From positions 16,802,001 through 16,866,000 of the forward strand of contig OZ059897.1 of NCBI GenBank assembly GCA_964057225.1: DNA of 64,000 nucleotides. Direction: 5' to 3'. Positions 13,851 through 27,467 of the stretch are shown piece after piece (position 1 is the first letter of the stretch; each line of letters opens with the position of its first letter). This stretch comes from Auanema rhodensis (lineage: Eukaryota > Animalia > Nematoda). Made by a program: the position numbers and the translations under genes. The notes beneath the pieces were generated by a model, which searched no databases, had not been told where the DNA came from, and saw only the letters and a program-made list of their open reading frames with translations.

Positions 13851-15501
13851 GTCTATAATAGGCAACACATTAGTGAAGTAAGAATGAAATTCCAGCAAGA
13901 TAGATGGCATACACAAGGATACACACAATGATTGTTACCCACTCAAGTTTTCTAACAGCAGGATTTGGATCTACTAAACTATAAGAAAGTAACCCTCTTA
14001 CCCTTCTTGGAACTTAGCCAATATATTATCATCAAATGAAAATTAATTTAAAAATTACGGGAATACTGTTAAAGGGTTGTTATCAAACGTTTTTTTTGCG
14101 TTCTATCTACAAATCGGAAAAAAAATAGCGCGAACAGTTAATTATGGTGAAGTTTGTGTTTTCCTTACACAGTTTTGATATTCATTGTTATATTTGAAAG
14201 CATTGTTTTCTGAATGATACACACAAGTCTATTATTGGTTAACTTTAACAAACTGATAAGCTCGCAAAGATTATTTCAAGCAAGATATGACTGCAAATGC
14301 AATTCTCAAAAGATAGTAAAAGAGGATAAGTTGGAGTGACTTAGCAACAAAGATAGTTATAAATAAAAAGTGGTAGCTATAAGATATGTTTTCTAATGCA
14401 GAGGATAGAAAAAATGTTTTGTGAATAGTCTGTAGGGAGAGATTGAGAACTAACCTTTCCCTACTTTGATATTTTAGTGATGACTATCAATGAAGGCTAT
14501 CAAGGAAATATTTTTAGAAGTAGGACAACGATAAGTAATTAATGAAATATATATGTTGAGAGATGACAGCGGTCCTTAAATTAATAGAAGTTCTCAAATC
14601 AAAGAGGTCGTTGCGTGCAAACAGAATGTAATAATGATATAAGTGAAAGAGTAATCTCATAAAAAAATACCACAACTGTTTGACCATTAGTAGTCACTGA
14701 TGAAGAGAAAACATTTAATTAAATTGCTTTATTGGTTTTTTCTTCGTGGACAAGACAACCCGAAACTTTTATTTACAACTTATCGATTTAAAAAGACATA
14801 TGGCGTTTCAACACATTTGCAATCTTGAACACGTTAAATTTTGTTTCTTTGATATATTTTTTCTCTGTTAACTGTGTAGTACACATAATCCTTTATCAAT
14901 ATGTTGAGCATGTTATGTTTACTCGTAGATTTGAATGAACTTCAAGAATACAAACAACAAGATTGTCATTTCGCTCTAATTATGACATTGAAGCGGTTGA
15001 GTTATTCTGAAAAAAGTGCAAGTGTTCATTTTAATTGTTGATAATTTTGAATCATTAAATAAATATTTTTTATAAAAATTTTATTAAGCTTTCATGATAA
15101 TTTCAGCTAAATATAATTATACATATAAGGAAATAATTAAGTAAAGCACCGGGAGAATAAGGCCACTTCTCCAGTTATTTGATTAAAATGTAACGGGGAG
15201 TTTTGTACAAAATATTGCTAAAGTGAGTAGAAAAACTAAACAAATTTTTCAGATAAATATATTTTATAATTTTTATTCAATGAACATCTACCTTTATCAT
15301 GAATGATAAATGCTCTTAAAATGATTTTGCTTGAAGCGTATGATATAATTTGAATTTATATATATTATATCAATAAACATCTTTGATTGGGATTTTTAGA
15401 AGAAAGGAAAACTTTGATTTCATGACAAATATCTGGAACAAATGGAAAGCAAAAGAAAAAGTATTGTCCTTCAATATGTTTTCCAAACGGCAAGATGATA
15501 A

Positions 15502-18500
15502 TCAGTTAGTGTTTTTCCAATTCCTTCTTTATATCTGTTCCTCTCATTGGAGGTGGCCGATTTCGCAGCAAGCCTAGCTCACATATGCATCTGAATTAAA
15601 AAAATAATTATACGGTTTTCTAAGAATATATTCAATTCCGTGCCTATATTGATCTGGAATTTCCAGCAAAGATTGTACTGCCACCTGTAGTTCTCCATCT
15701 TCTAAACCACCTGTCTTCTTCATAATCTAAAAGAAAAAGTTTTAATTAGAGAATTTTGTTTGGATAAATTCTATGAAAAAGTTTACCTCGTGGAATTCGA
15801 CGAAATGGAAGTTATCCCATGCTCGTTTTGGTAAACTCTCATCAAATACCTAGATTCAAAGATGAAATGTATTGTTATGCTTTGAACTTACTCTCATCAT
15901 ATCCCATGGACCATCTCCTACACCAACAACAATAATGGAAAGTGGATATTGACAAGCTTGAACGATAGCTCTTCTGGTTGCTCGTTCATTAGTTACTTGA
16001 CCATCAGCAATAATAACCAAAATATGATACTGAATATGATTTTAGATATTTGGTAAAAATTTAAAAATTCGTTTATTACATCATTGGCTTTTTGGCAAAT
16101 TTCCATCGCTTGGTAGATTAAAGGAGCGAAATTGGTAGGACCACTCAGCTCTACACTTGGTGTTATCTCGTTATAAACTCTAAAGTATTTAGTTTTAAAG
16201 ATTTCTTGTTCACATTGCGCGAATTAATAAACTTACTTCAGAACTTCATCCAATGTTGTACAATCCCCTTCTGACTTCAAAGAGAATGTGCTCCAGTCTC
16301 CAGTCTTTGCATCACCAAATCCAAACAAAGGAAAGCGTCCAGTACTAGCAAAAGGAGCCAAAGTATTACCCAAAATGGTAATTACCTTGAAACAAAATTA
16401 TTATTAATACAAATGAAACAAAACTAACTTGTTGATAAGGATTCTTGATATTTGGATGAATAGTATGTAAAGAACGGCCTCCAAATGATTCTTCTCCTTG
16501 ATACTTATTAGAAGCAGTGTAATCAATGCCTAAAACAATTTGAAATATAAGTTTTACAATGTTTTTTTTTTACCAAATATAATGTTAGTTGATTCTAATC
16601 CTGCTTTACGCATAGCATCAGATAGAGCGTCGAGGCTTGTAATAGTGAGAAGCATCTCTTGCATTGATGTGACTCCTAATACAGATAACAACGAAGATTG
16701 TTTACGAAGCTGTAATCAACATAACGTTTCTACAAAAAAAAGGAATTATGCTTACTCTTGGGTATCCATCGCTGCTGAATCCACTTTGGCTGCGCCCACT
16801 ACGGCCTGAAGCCAAGGAACTATTGCTTGGAGCTCGATTAGCGAAAGCTGAGAGAATCTGAGGTGCCTAAAAACACTTATAACGACAAAACCAAGGGAGG
16901 CAATACCTGAGGAGCACTAGTTTGTTGCATTGCAGTCTGAGCATTAATAATAGGTTTCATTATTTCCGGAGGTATTCCTAAATAAATTTCTTTTAAGATA
17001 TATTATATTGCTCAAACCTCCTTCTGCTGCTACTCTATCGAAATACTCTTGAAGATTATCGCTGTTTTCGCTCATCTGATCTGGTGGAATTTCAACTGAC
17101 TGAATTTCAGGAGCGTATGTCATATCATCATGCTCGTCTTGTTCAACCCGTTCAAATACCTTAAGTAAAATAAAATTTTCATAATTACTGAAATATGTTT
17201 GCTGACTTCCATAGTCTTAATCATTTGACTGGTAGGATCTCCACTGGTTGGCTTCATCTGTTGTTGTAAACTTATACGTTTACTAATTGCTGGACTACTA
17301 AGCATATCTTCTTCCATTACAAAACCACCAACAGAGTTTTTATCCTTAAAAAAAGAATTTTCTTTAAAATATTATTAAACCCTTATTACATTTTGATTTC
17401 CCAAATATTCCAAAGCATCTTGAACATACATTTCAGCAGCGACAATATTTTTAGGATCTTCCTTATGTGCATTTGCCTAAAGAAGTTTATAGAAAATGAG
17501 ATTTGTAAAAGTCTCACTCACATCTAATCTTATGTGAATAGTAGGGCCTTGATCAGACTGTACTGTGTTTGCTGGAACTACTGCTGAGGTGAATCGAGGT
17601 TGTGGTATTGGACGATCCCCAATCACTCCGAACGGTGAGGCAGGCTTAATAACATAAAATAATTATTTAATAAGAATATTTTGTCTTACAATATCTGATT
17701 CCGTGTATGGTATTTGAGTTTGTTTTAATGCAGACAATGAAGAATCAGTCTTTTTCTCTAATGAGCTATCACCATTCGTAATTCCAAGATCAACTCCGAA
17801 ATCATATTCACGGCATAGTTCCTAAATGCACCAACTTTGTGAATTAATTATTTAAAATTAAGTCGCAACCTGTAACTGCTTGGCTTCTTCTGGAGTCATT
17901 ACCTTTTCATTTGTAGGTGGCATATCATATATTGGCTCCATTTGTACCTTAGACAAAAATTTTAAAAACTTTTTCTCTCTCAATAGTTTACTTTAACATA
18001 TTCATCACTATCTCCTGTTTCACGCCTGGGTTCGTTTTGGAGTGATCCTGCTTGTAAGAACTGAAGATCAACAACTGGCGAAGCAGCATTATCTAATTGT
18101 GGCTATAACAGTTTCTTTTTGAGTGAACAATATGATATTTTCTTACTTCATGTACATGAAAATCACTGATATCATAATCAGTCAATTCAGAATCACGGAA
18201 ACTTTAAATATATTCAATTAAGCAAATAATAATATTTTTTAAAAAACCTGTCTCGGTTAGGGGCTAATAAGGTATCTTTTCCTGCAAGCAAGTTGATTTC
18301 ATGCTGGAGTTTTTGGCCTAAACCAGGAGGTTCAGCTTGTTGATGTTGTTGTTGCTGATGTTCCATATGAAGTCTGAAACAATGAACGTTTCGTTAAAAT
18401 TAAATGAACAAATAACCTGATATGTTCCTCATCAGGAGAAGTACTATGGTAAGATATATGAGAAGCTGGAAGAAGTTTCTCGATAGCCTGTTCAGAGTTA

Positions 18501-19795
18501 TCAAGTTCAGATTCTTCTCCACCAACCTAAAAGTAAAATATGAAAAAAAACTTTTAATTGACTAAATGACCATTCTGTCTCTTTCAAGTGTGGCTATCCG
18601 CTCATTCTCGAGACGTTCTCTTTCCATTTTCCAATCTTGTAAAGCTTGTCTTTGTCTAATTAAGAAAAATGATATCACATTTAAATAATATGAAAAACAT
18701 ACTCATTGCTTAAGTTTTGCTCTCCTTTAGGTTGAGGAGAAAATTGTTGAGGTTGGGCTGAGTACTGAGCTTGTTGTTCTAATGTCATGAACTGTTCATC
18801 CTATATTTAATAAATTCCAATGATATAACACTAGAAGATAAAGAAATATATTTACATACCAGTGGACTAAGAGGTGAAAGGGGATGTTGTGAATTGGATG
18901 TGTATTGTACTTGACTTGGAGCATTTCGCTATAAAACAATGAAATGAAAAAAAATAGGTTGAATTAACAATTTCAAAAAGATAAAACTAACTGTCATCAA
19001 AGAATTGAATGCATCCTCAACTGCTTGAGTTTGAGAATTAACTTCATTATGAGCATTACTAGCAAAATTAGCTGTATTATTTTGAACATTTCTCTATAAA
19101 ATGAAGTATTTTTATGATAAGATTACATGAAAAAGCTTACAACAACATCGAAAGAAGCTTTTTCTTTATTATCTGTGTCCAATTGATGGAATGGTCTTGG
19201 ACTAGACTCTGTTTTTGGTGGCGATTCTCAAAATATAAAATTAGCTTTACTTTAAACTATTTTATAAACCTCGAAGATATTGCTGTGCTTCTATAATTAA
19301 CTGTTCAGCTGAGGTAGGAGATTCGTAAATTTTTTTATAATTCGTTTGGGATAAAGCTTGTTGATCGTTTCGTTCGTTTTGCCTCTGCTGTTTGTCTTGT
19401 AGAATTTGATATTGTTGTTGGCTATCAGTTTGTTCCTGCTGTTCAACCAGTATCTTAAAAGATAAAACAAAATTTGAATACAAACTATAGATATAAGTCT
19501 TCTACCTTCTCCAATTTTTGTCCAACTTCTTGTAATAATTCACCAGTCACCGGAGCCTGCTCTTCTTCCTTTAAGTTTTTTTCTGTTAAAAGATCTCATC
19601 AATTCTTCAACTTACCTCTTTCTTGTTTCCCTTGTTTTTATTTTCTTCTACCATCTTAAAGAAGAAATAGGCAAATCCAATCGCTATAGCAGAGAGAAAG
19701 AACCGGGTAAAAAAGGAAAACACCAAAAAGTGCTCTGGTTCCGGACATTCTTCCCACTCCTCCGGATCATAGCCAAGCGAGGCGTCGTACACCAT
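15502..19795 (-). CDS. cpna-1: Atypical copine: N-terminal TM segment, Gln-rich linker, C-terminal vWA/copine domain
   Basis: N-terminus [27 protein letters not shown] plus hydrophobic span matches recalled C. elegans CPNA-1; copine motifs [64 protein letters not shown]; TGA at 15502-15504. Confidence 0.9.
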
Positions 19796-22478
19796 TTTGG
19801 GCTCCGACCTGTATAATCATGATCAATTTATATGATATTTTCAAGAAAAAGGAAGAGATAAAATTTATATGAATTGTTATGGATTAAAAAAACGGAGATT
19901 TCTCTCAATCCAAGGAGGAACTGATTTTGTTTTTGCTGAGAATCGAAAGGAAATCGATGAAAATCACAAAGCGTCAACTGTTTTAACTGAAAAAAACATG
20001 TGTGATTTAAGAGGAAAAGTAAAATATGAAAAAAGTTTATACAAATCTGAGTTGTATGTGACCTTTCTAAATAAGTAGAAAGAGAGATTTAAAAAAATGT
20101 ATATTACATATATCATACTATCCGCCATTTCAGCGTACAAATGAATAATTTCAAATGTTGGATTTTCCAATTTTAAAATTTGTTTTGAGTGGGAGCAACG
20201 GAACTCAAAGGATATGTGAATTATCTAGAATTGATCAATATTAAGGAAACATGTGCTGAAACCTGATGATCTGTTGAAGTCAGGTCATAGAAGAAGTTGT
20301 GTAAAGTGCTTCACTACACTACAACATATTAAATATGAAATAATATAACAATTAATGAACTAATTAGTTATAGAAAAACTATTTTATTTTTGAGTTTTAT
20401 TAAAATTATAAGATTTTCAACTATTTGTTTTAAAAGAAGAAAAATAAGTATATTATTTAAAAATTGTAAATACTCATTATGTATACAGAAATTTAGGCAA
20501 ACATTATTTTTTTTCTTTATTTTTAACTGTCGATTTAATATTATTTAATTTCACAATATAATTTTATATTACATATAATATATATATATATATAATAGTA
20601 TTGACTTAAAGAGCTTTGAATAGGTCATCTTCCTCACCGGTATTATTATAAAGCTTCAAAAAAAAGTTTTGTTTAGTTAACCTGAATACTTTTGTTTATA
20701 ATGAGATGAATCCAGCTGTTTTCTAAAAAATAGCTGGGCAAAGTATGAAGAACATCAATCTCTGCTGACCTTCGTAAGATGAACGAGTAAGTAAATTATG
20801 TGAATATAAAATTATAAAACAATGTATATCATCTTAATCGTCCTCTCTCACACTGTTTTTCTCAATTTGTTCAAATTTGTTTGTTTATAGTTACTGCAAA
20901 TTTTAACTCTCATCTATTCTTTGTGTTGTCAAATTTTTATTTATTTGATTAAGTTCTTTTTATAAAAATTTGGTGAACACTTTGACATATCATAAGCTTG
21001 ATGTTGACAATGCTCTTATTCCGTTTTTTTTAAAAGATCACAAGACTATCCTTGATATCTGGATAAAGTTTGCGATATTTCTTGTCATGAAAATAAAAAA
21101 ACGAGCTTTTCATATTATGTGTCTATATTCCTATCTTATTTCATAAAGGTGAAAGCTTCTTGTTTTATAAACGAAAACGGGAGAAACCGATATTAGAATC
21201 TGATTTGTAGTTAAAGTCATTAAAAGTTGGAGCAAGAAGATAAAAGTATTGAAAACAGATGGAGAAGTAGTAGATTAAATTTGATTTTCAAGTAATAGAA
21301 TCAAATACATGGAAGAAATATGTATAGCTTAAAAGATTCTAGAAATACAATATGATTTTAATCAAGAAAATCGGAAATAGAAACGGAGTAAAGTTTTCAG
21401 GTAGAGCAGTACAATTGGGTAACGGACAGCATTACTAAGAGCGACGAGAGAATAATGAGAGAGAGGAACTGGATAGCAAAGTGTTAGGTGGCTCAACCAG
21501 ATGAGAAAGAGAAAGTGCGTGATAGAGGTGCAGAGAAATATTTGATGGGATGAAGTCAAAGGAGAGAAAGCCGAAGAAAAGCTAAAAGATTTCGAGTAAT
21601 CCAGAGAACCATGGCACGAAACAACTGTTACTCTCATTTCTCTAAGACTGCCCGTTCGTTCGCTTACCTTCATCTGGATAACTGCCAATCTCCTACTTTA
21701 AGCACAGGAAAATTTCTACTAGAGGACATTTTGATGGATTAATCGAGCAACACAACACCTGATTTTTTGTCTCCATATCTGAGATCATTTACGTGAAATA
21801 AGTTCACTTTACATGTAGATCAAACAAGCTTAAACCATTATTCATAATCTTTATATATGTTACAACATTCTTTGTTTAGTTTTCTGTTGTCAAATTTACT
21901 TTGAAATGAACGATATTTCTTTATCCACTCAGTATTCCTACATGTTTTTAGCACATTTACAACAGGTGTGCAGTAAAACAAATACAATCACTTGAAAGTT
22001 AAATTAAATTTAAAAAAATGTCTTTGGTAAAAAATAAAACTTTTATTTCAAGAAAAAGTGTTGCACAAATGAGAGGAATGAATATTAACAGAGACCAACT
22101 ACCATAAAAGACTACAAGAAAAGGAAAACACAGATTGAACTTAAAATTTACATGCACAATAATTCAAGTTATTAGCAATCATATTGAAACCCTTATCTAT
22201 ATATTAGTACACTCAAACATTTAAAAACTTGGCTTTGAGCCAAAAAAAAAAACAAGAACGTTACAGTTTGAAAAAATGATCAGATCAATTATTAGTAAAA
22301 CTGATTAAACTTATTTTCATATGAAAGCAAAGATAACCCTATATCAAATGAGACATGAGACAAATTAACCCATTTTTCGAGTGGCAGCTATTCGTAGTTT
22401 TGAAGCAAGTAGTCGTAAATTACGTAGATGTATAGAGGACATCTTCATATATATCTAATTTTTACACATAATCCTTGA

Positions 22479-25400
22479 CTAATATCGTCCAGGAATATTA
22501 CTTATCACTCCAAATGGTGGCTTTCTGAAACGAACTGTATTAAAAATTGAAAGTCATAATGTAGCTGTTGGTTGTTTGAAGGTTATAAAAAAAGCGGGAA
22601 AAGCCTGTACGTTCAAATAAAATAGAAAGTCTAAGCATCGCCAATTAATCCGCCTATGATTACGTAGATGGTGAAAGGGACAACGACCGTCTCTTCAATC
22701 TTCTCACTCAATAGTTGACAAGACAGTAACAAATGGGGTACTGCCCTCTGCCACTAAAGAACCCCGCTACGCTTAATGACCTTCCTCTGTTAAGCATTTT
22801 TGTGTATTAGGCAACATGCCGACCGGATGAATTATGAGCCTCTTAAGCGGAGACAGAAAAATAAGATACCATGTTGACAATATATTTGCATGAAACAACA
22901 GTCTATTGAAAGCCGTGAATTCCATTAGGTGAACTATTCATCAGACTGTCAGTCATCCAACGACTTAGGCACGGAACAGGAAAAATTGAAACGACGATTA
23001 AATCTATGAGGCAAAAAGCAATTTGTCATGTCATAGGAACGTAAAATGGTATATATAAAATATCTAATTAATATTCGCGCAAATTAAGCAGATCTTTTAA
23101 TGGAATCATGTATGGGAGAGAGAGAGAAGACAAACGTTTACATTGGGGCAGAGTGAAAAGGACAATGCCTCTATTCTGCCGCGCATTACGCAAGAATAGT
23201 TGCGCAACACATACATCTGCGGTAACTATGTGTACAACAGACTAGTTTAAATAACAATTTGTAAAAAAGCATATTGATTGATAACTGCATTTGATGACTA
23301 ACGTTATTATTTATTGTAAAAAAGTATATGTAAAGTAACTTACGGAATAGAGGTTTCCAACTTCTTCACTACTTGGAATGGAGAAGACTGCTTGTGGTCT
23401 AATGAAGTGCTCACATTAACCTTATTAGAATTTCCTAGAATATTTGAAACACTATGCTTCGTCAATGTAGGTATGGGTGGAGTGGAAACAGCCTTCTGAG
23501 CTAATAGAGTCGATGTCACGAAATTTGACCATAGTGACTAAAAAATAATATATTATGAGATACCCGAAAGTTTAAAACTCTTACGGAATTTTGTAATACA
23601 AGAGGTTGAAGTCCAGACAGAGGAACGGTTCCTAGCTGGTACCCACCATGTAATTTCAAAGGCATACGCTTTGGGGTAGTTATTGGAGAATTAGTTGACG
23701 GCACAAATGGGGGTATCATAGTTTTTTGAGGTTGGGGCTTTTGCAAAGATCCATTTTCTTTGGGCTTTGTAGTAGTTGTCAATACATTTGAAATTATTGC
23801 TAATGGTGATTTAGTTAATAAGGGAGCGTGGACTGCGGTATTCTCTTGCTTCAAGCGCTCAGCAGCCAGTTCCGCAAACATCATAAGACTAGAAGCAGCA
23901 GTTGTGATATTCTCAGACCTATAAGTACGATTAATGAATGAATAAATCCCTATAATCTGAGTATGCATACTTTATTCGTGGCATCTTCTGTTGTAGTCCC
24001 TGAAGAGTACCAGCTAGGTCAGCATCTGAGTGACTACGCTTTCCAGCTGTCAAGGATTGAACCATTGCAGCTGTAGTAGCCTGCAAAAAAAATAATTATG
24101 ATAAAAAAACAAAAGCCAATCTTTTTATACTGTTTTATCGATGAAAATAACAATAATAAACAAAAACGCATACCTTCATCTGAGGAGTCTGAGGAGCTGA
24201 AGCAGAGGATGTTAATAATTTTTCTAAACAAGCATTAGCATCGTATGTGGCATTTTCGTCAGGCTCAGGGCCACAATATACGAAAAGCGGTATCTTTTTA
24301 GTGCCGAACAAATAGTGAACCTTTTTTATAAGTCCAAGAGCAACAAGTACATTAGCAATGTCATAAAGACGTCGGCAACGACCTGAAAGCACAGATGGTT
24401 AGGTTAGTTCTTGTCATATTATAAGTATACTTCTGCTTGGAGGCTCAAAGCCTTCCGTTTCCGGGTCCTTTATTAGAACTGTGCTAGCAACATCCAGGCT
24501 AACACGACGGGTCTCCTTCTGAAAACAACATTTCGTCAAAGCATCACTTTGATTTCCCAACTTACAGGATTACTCAATAAAACCATAATGAACCGTCGAC
24601 ATAATTGAGCCAGGGAATTTCTTCCCTGTCTGTCACGACCATCTACACGTGGTCTCTGGGGTCGGAATGTTGGCATTTCAGATAAATAAGAATAATTGTT
24701 AGAACTATTGGCATTATCTTGTAAAGATCCTGTAATGAAGCTCTAATTTTAAATATGATTAGTACCACATACCAACAGAATCACGACCTTGCTTTCTACT
24801 GGGAGATAGCTCCGTGAAAGAGCACATTGCTTGTTCAACTTGCAACACTCGCTCTGGTAACTGTTCAGCAATCGCATCTCTCTGAAACATAACGAAGATT
24901 AATTTATACGGCAATTTATCTCTGAACCTGGAGTTCTGCCATAAGTTTAGGTAAGTTATCTAGGCCCTGCCAACGATAAAAAGATTTATTAGTTTTACTC
25001 ATAGCATCCAGTGCTTCCATTACATTTACAATGTCATATATACGACGTTTTTCAACATCTAAAAAATATATGTTTTGGGAATTATAAAAAAGAACATACT
25101 CATTTTCCTGGCAACTGATTCGAGATGAACTTCCTTTTTCATCGAATCTCGTGTTTCTTCATTCATAGCTATCAAAAATCTAAAAATAACAATAGAACAA
25201 CTTATTTTTAACTGGTCCATACCGTTGACATAATAATCCTAAACTTTTATCTTTTCGTGAGCCTCCTTCACCATCCTCACAGTCATCCTCAAAAGTTGAA
25301 TCGCGTCTTTGCAGACTCAAAACAGGAGGGGAAGAAACCGAAGCTACAAAACATGACTATTTCATATCTAATTTATTTAATATTTTTTCAGTTTCAGAGT

Positions 25401-25960
25401 AAAGTCGGCACAATCCGATAATGATGGATAAGATTTTCGCATTTGCAAACAAAAAAAGCTAATCAGTTGACCCATAACCAAACATTTTGACATTTTTAGT
25501 GCCGTAATCAGATCATGAATCCATGGTGTTTACTAAGACAGCCACGAACCACTAGGCCATTCATCATGACTTTATCTCCCGCCATATTTTCTTGAGAGAG
25601 CTACGTTGGGCGCGAAGTGTTATCATTTTTGTATCGAGAATTTTGAATGAGTTTGGCGGACAAATTATCCACACCGTGAAACCTCAATTGGTTTCAATTT
25701 AGTAATACTTATCAAAGTTCAAAAATAATTGAAACTATAAATAACTAACCGTTACTAAAAGCAGAAGCATTAGAAACCTGGGAGAAAGTGGGAGAATTTA
25801 ATACTGGGTCTGTAGGTACAGTAACCACATCGATGTCATCGACGACTTCTTTATTAAGTGGTAAAACGATGGACATCTTTTCATAGTTAACCATGTGTGG
25901 AAAAGGTATGTTCTCCTTATTTGCTTCACTTGTATCCAAAAAAGACCCGTACGAAGTCAT
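22479..25960 (-). CDS. efl-3: Atypical E2F (E2F7/8-like) with two DNA-binding domains
   Basis: ATG 25960 after TTTCAG; early KEN motif (NKENIP); DBD1 RKDKSLGLLCQRF...KRRIYDIVNVMEAL; DBD2 NSLAQLCRRF...RCRRLYDIANVLVALGLIKK; last exon 22479-22524 (KPPFGVISNIPGRY*) joins in phase across an 819-nt intron. Confidence 0.92.
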
Positions 25961-26665
25961 GTTCCTGAAAAAATGTAAACCATGGAAACAACTTATATTA
26001 ATGAATATATGATAAAGAGTAATATTAGCGTAAAGATGACTCAGAGCCACCATGCAGAGACCCAAAAGCAAGCACAATTGTGCCATTGCGCAACACTGTC
26101 ACGCTTTTGCCACTACAAGTGAAAAACAGTAAAATAAACATATCGTTCAGAAGAATCATTAGAAAAGTGGATGAGGCTTTAAAAGTAAAATTTGAACTTT
26201 TTCATTTAAAGAAATAAAAATAATAATGTTTAAGAACAGTATATTTAGATTTAGACATTTTTAAGAGAAAGTGAGGTTTAGAATGAGGCTCATTGAATAG
26301 AAAAGACCTTGAAAACAAATTAGAGATTTGAATAAACGATAGACAAATTTCGCATGAACACGATGAGTGCGGGAAGATGAATTTAAACATTGCAATTCCG
26401 ATAATGAACGTTGAAGTTTAGAAAGTCAGCTCAGAAAGAAAACAATGACCACTCATAAGAAAAAAACTAAATATTTCACACATTTTAAAAAGACTCATCT
26501 ATAGACAGCCTGTTGAACTACCCAAAGGCATAGAAGACAAGACTCTTAACCCAAAAGCAAGAAAGAGGCAATCTATACATAAATGCCACTGGGAACTGAA
26601 CTTTACGTTTAGTAAATGTTGTCTACATCCCAGTACCCAGTCAATACAAGAACATCTGTAGAGTC

Positions 26666-26730
26666 GAGGGCGCGGTATACCGTTGTGCGCGCGTCTCAGG
26701 GCGGAGCCACGCCGGCCTTTCCCGCCAAAA
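26666..26730. promoter_or_regulatory. GC-rich efl-3 promoter element with E2F site and GC-box
   Basis: CpG-rich patch in AT-rich DNA; TTTCCCGCCAAAA at 26718-26730 (E2F consensus); GGGCGGAGC near 26699-26707; about 750 bp upstream of the efl-3 ATG. Confidence 0.6.
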
Positions 26731-27467
26731 ATAATGCATATCGAGCCAATAAAGAAGGACCAAAGAGAGAAAAAGATGAATGAAGAGAATTACAGAGAGT
26801 GATAGAAGCATACACAAGGCTAGTAATATTCTTGAATACAACTGTATGAATATACAAATTGCAAAGCTAATCAATTTTAACCCCCCCCCCCAATACTTAT
26901 ATAGAACAATCAAATATTCATTCATTAGCTTACAGTGGATTCATCTATCATTTCTTGCACCCCACATTTGACTGCTGAATTAAATGTCCCATTTACGAAC
27001 ATAATGAAAACAAAAGTCAGATAACAACATGACTATGTTCTCTACTTTTTTACCATACAACCCTATATTAAACTTTGAAAATAGTCTATCAATTGAACTA
27101 TGAACCAAGAATTCGAAGCACATCTTCAATAACTAATAACATCATACTCAGCGCGATATGTTAATCAAACTACAGAAATGTATTCCATAAAACTGAAAGC
27201 TTAAACCAAGTAATGATCTATGAGGCTTCTAATGACTTATGAAAACGACAGATCAGTTAACCGTATAATTTGCATACCATTCTTGCAAATATGCACATCA
27301 CTATACGAGCAGGTGCACTACCAAATTTAATGACCCACAAACGTTAAAATGTCAACTTAGACGAATAAGCAATGAGCTACCACACGTCGAACAGACGACC
27401 ACCCTACCCGATCAACAAAAAAAATATCAGCAAAAACCATTTACTTTAACAAATAACAATTTCAGAA

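Noticed and set aside
20705-20740. Hairpin with CAGCTG and a MEF2-like site upstream of cpna-1
   Set aside because: The MEF2 spacing is off by one and a single E-box is expected by chance.
22735-22975. Telomerase RNA in the efl-3 last intron (GCCTAA at ~22807 and ~22965)
   Set aside because: Only single repeat units, with no template-length match and no clear H/ACA end.
23340-23342. TAA as the sole efl-3 stop
   Set aside because: It overlaps a GTAAG donor and an in-phase terminal exon exists at 22479-22524; kept only as a possible isoform.
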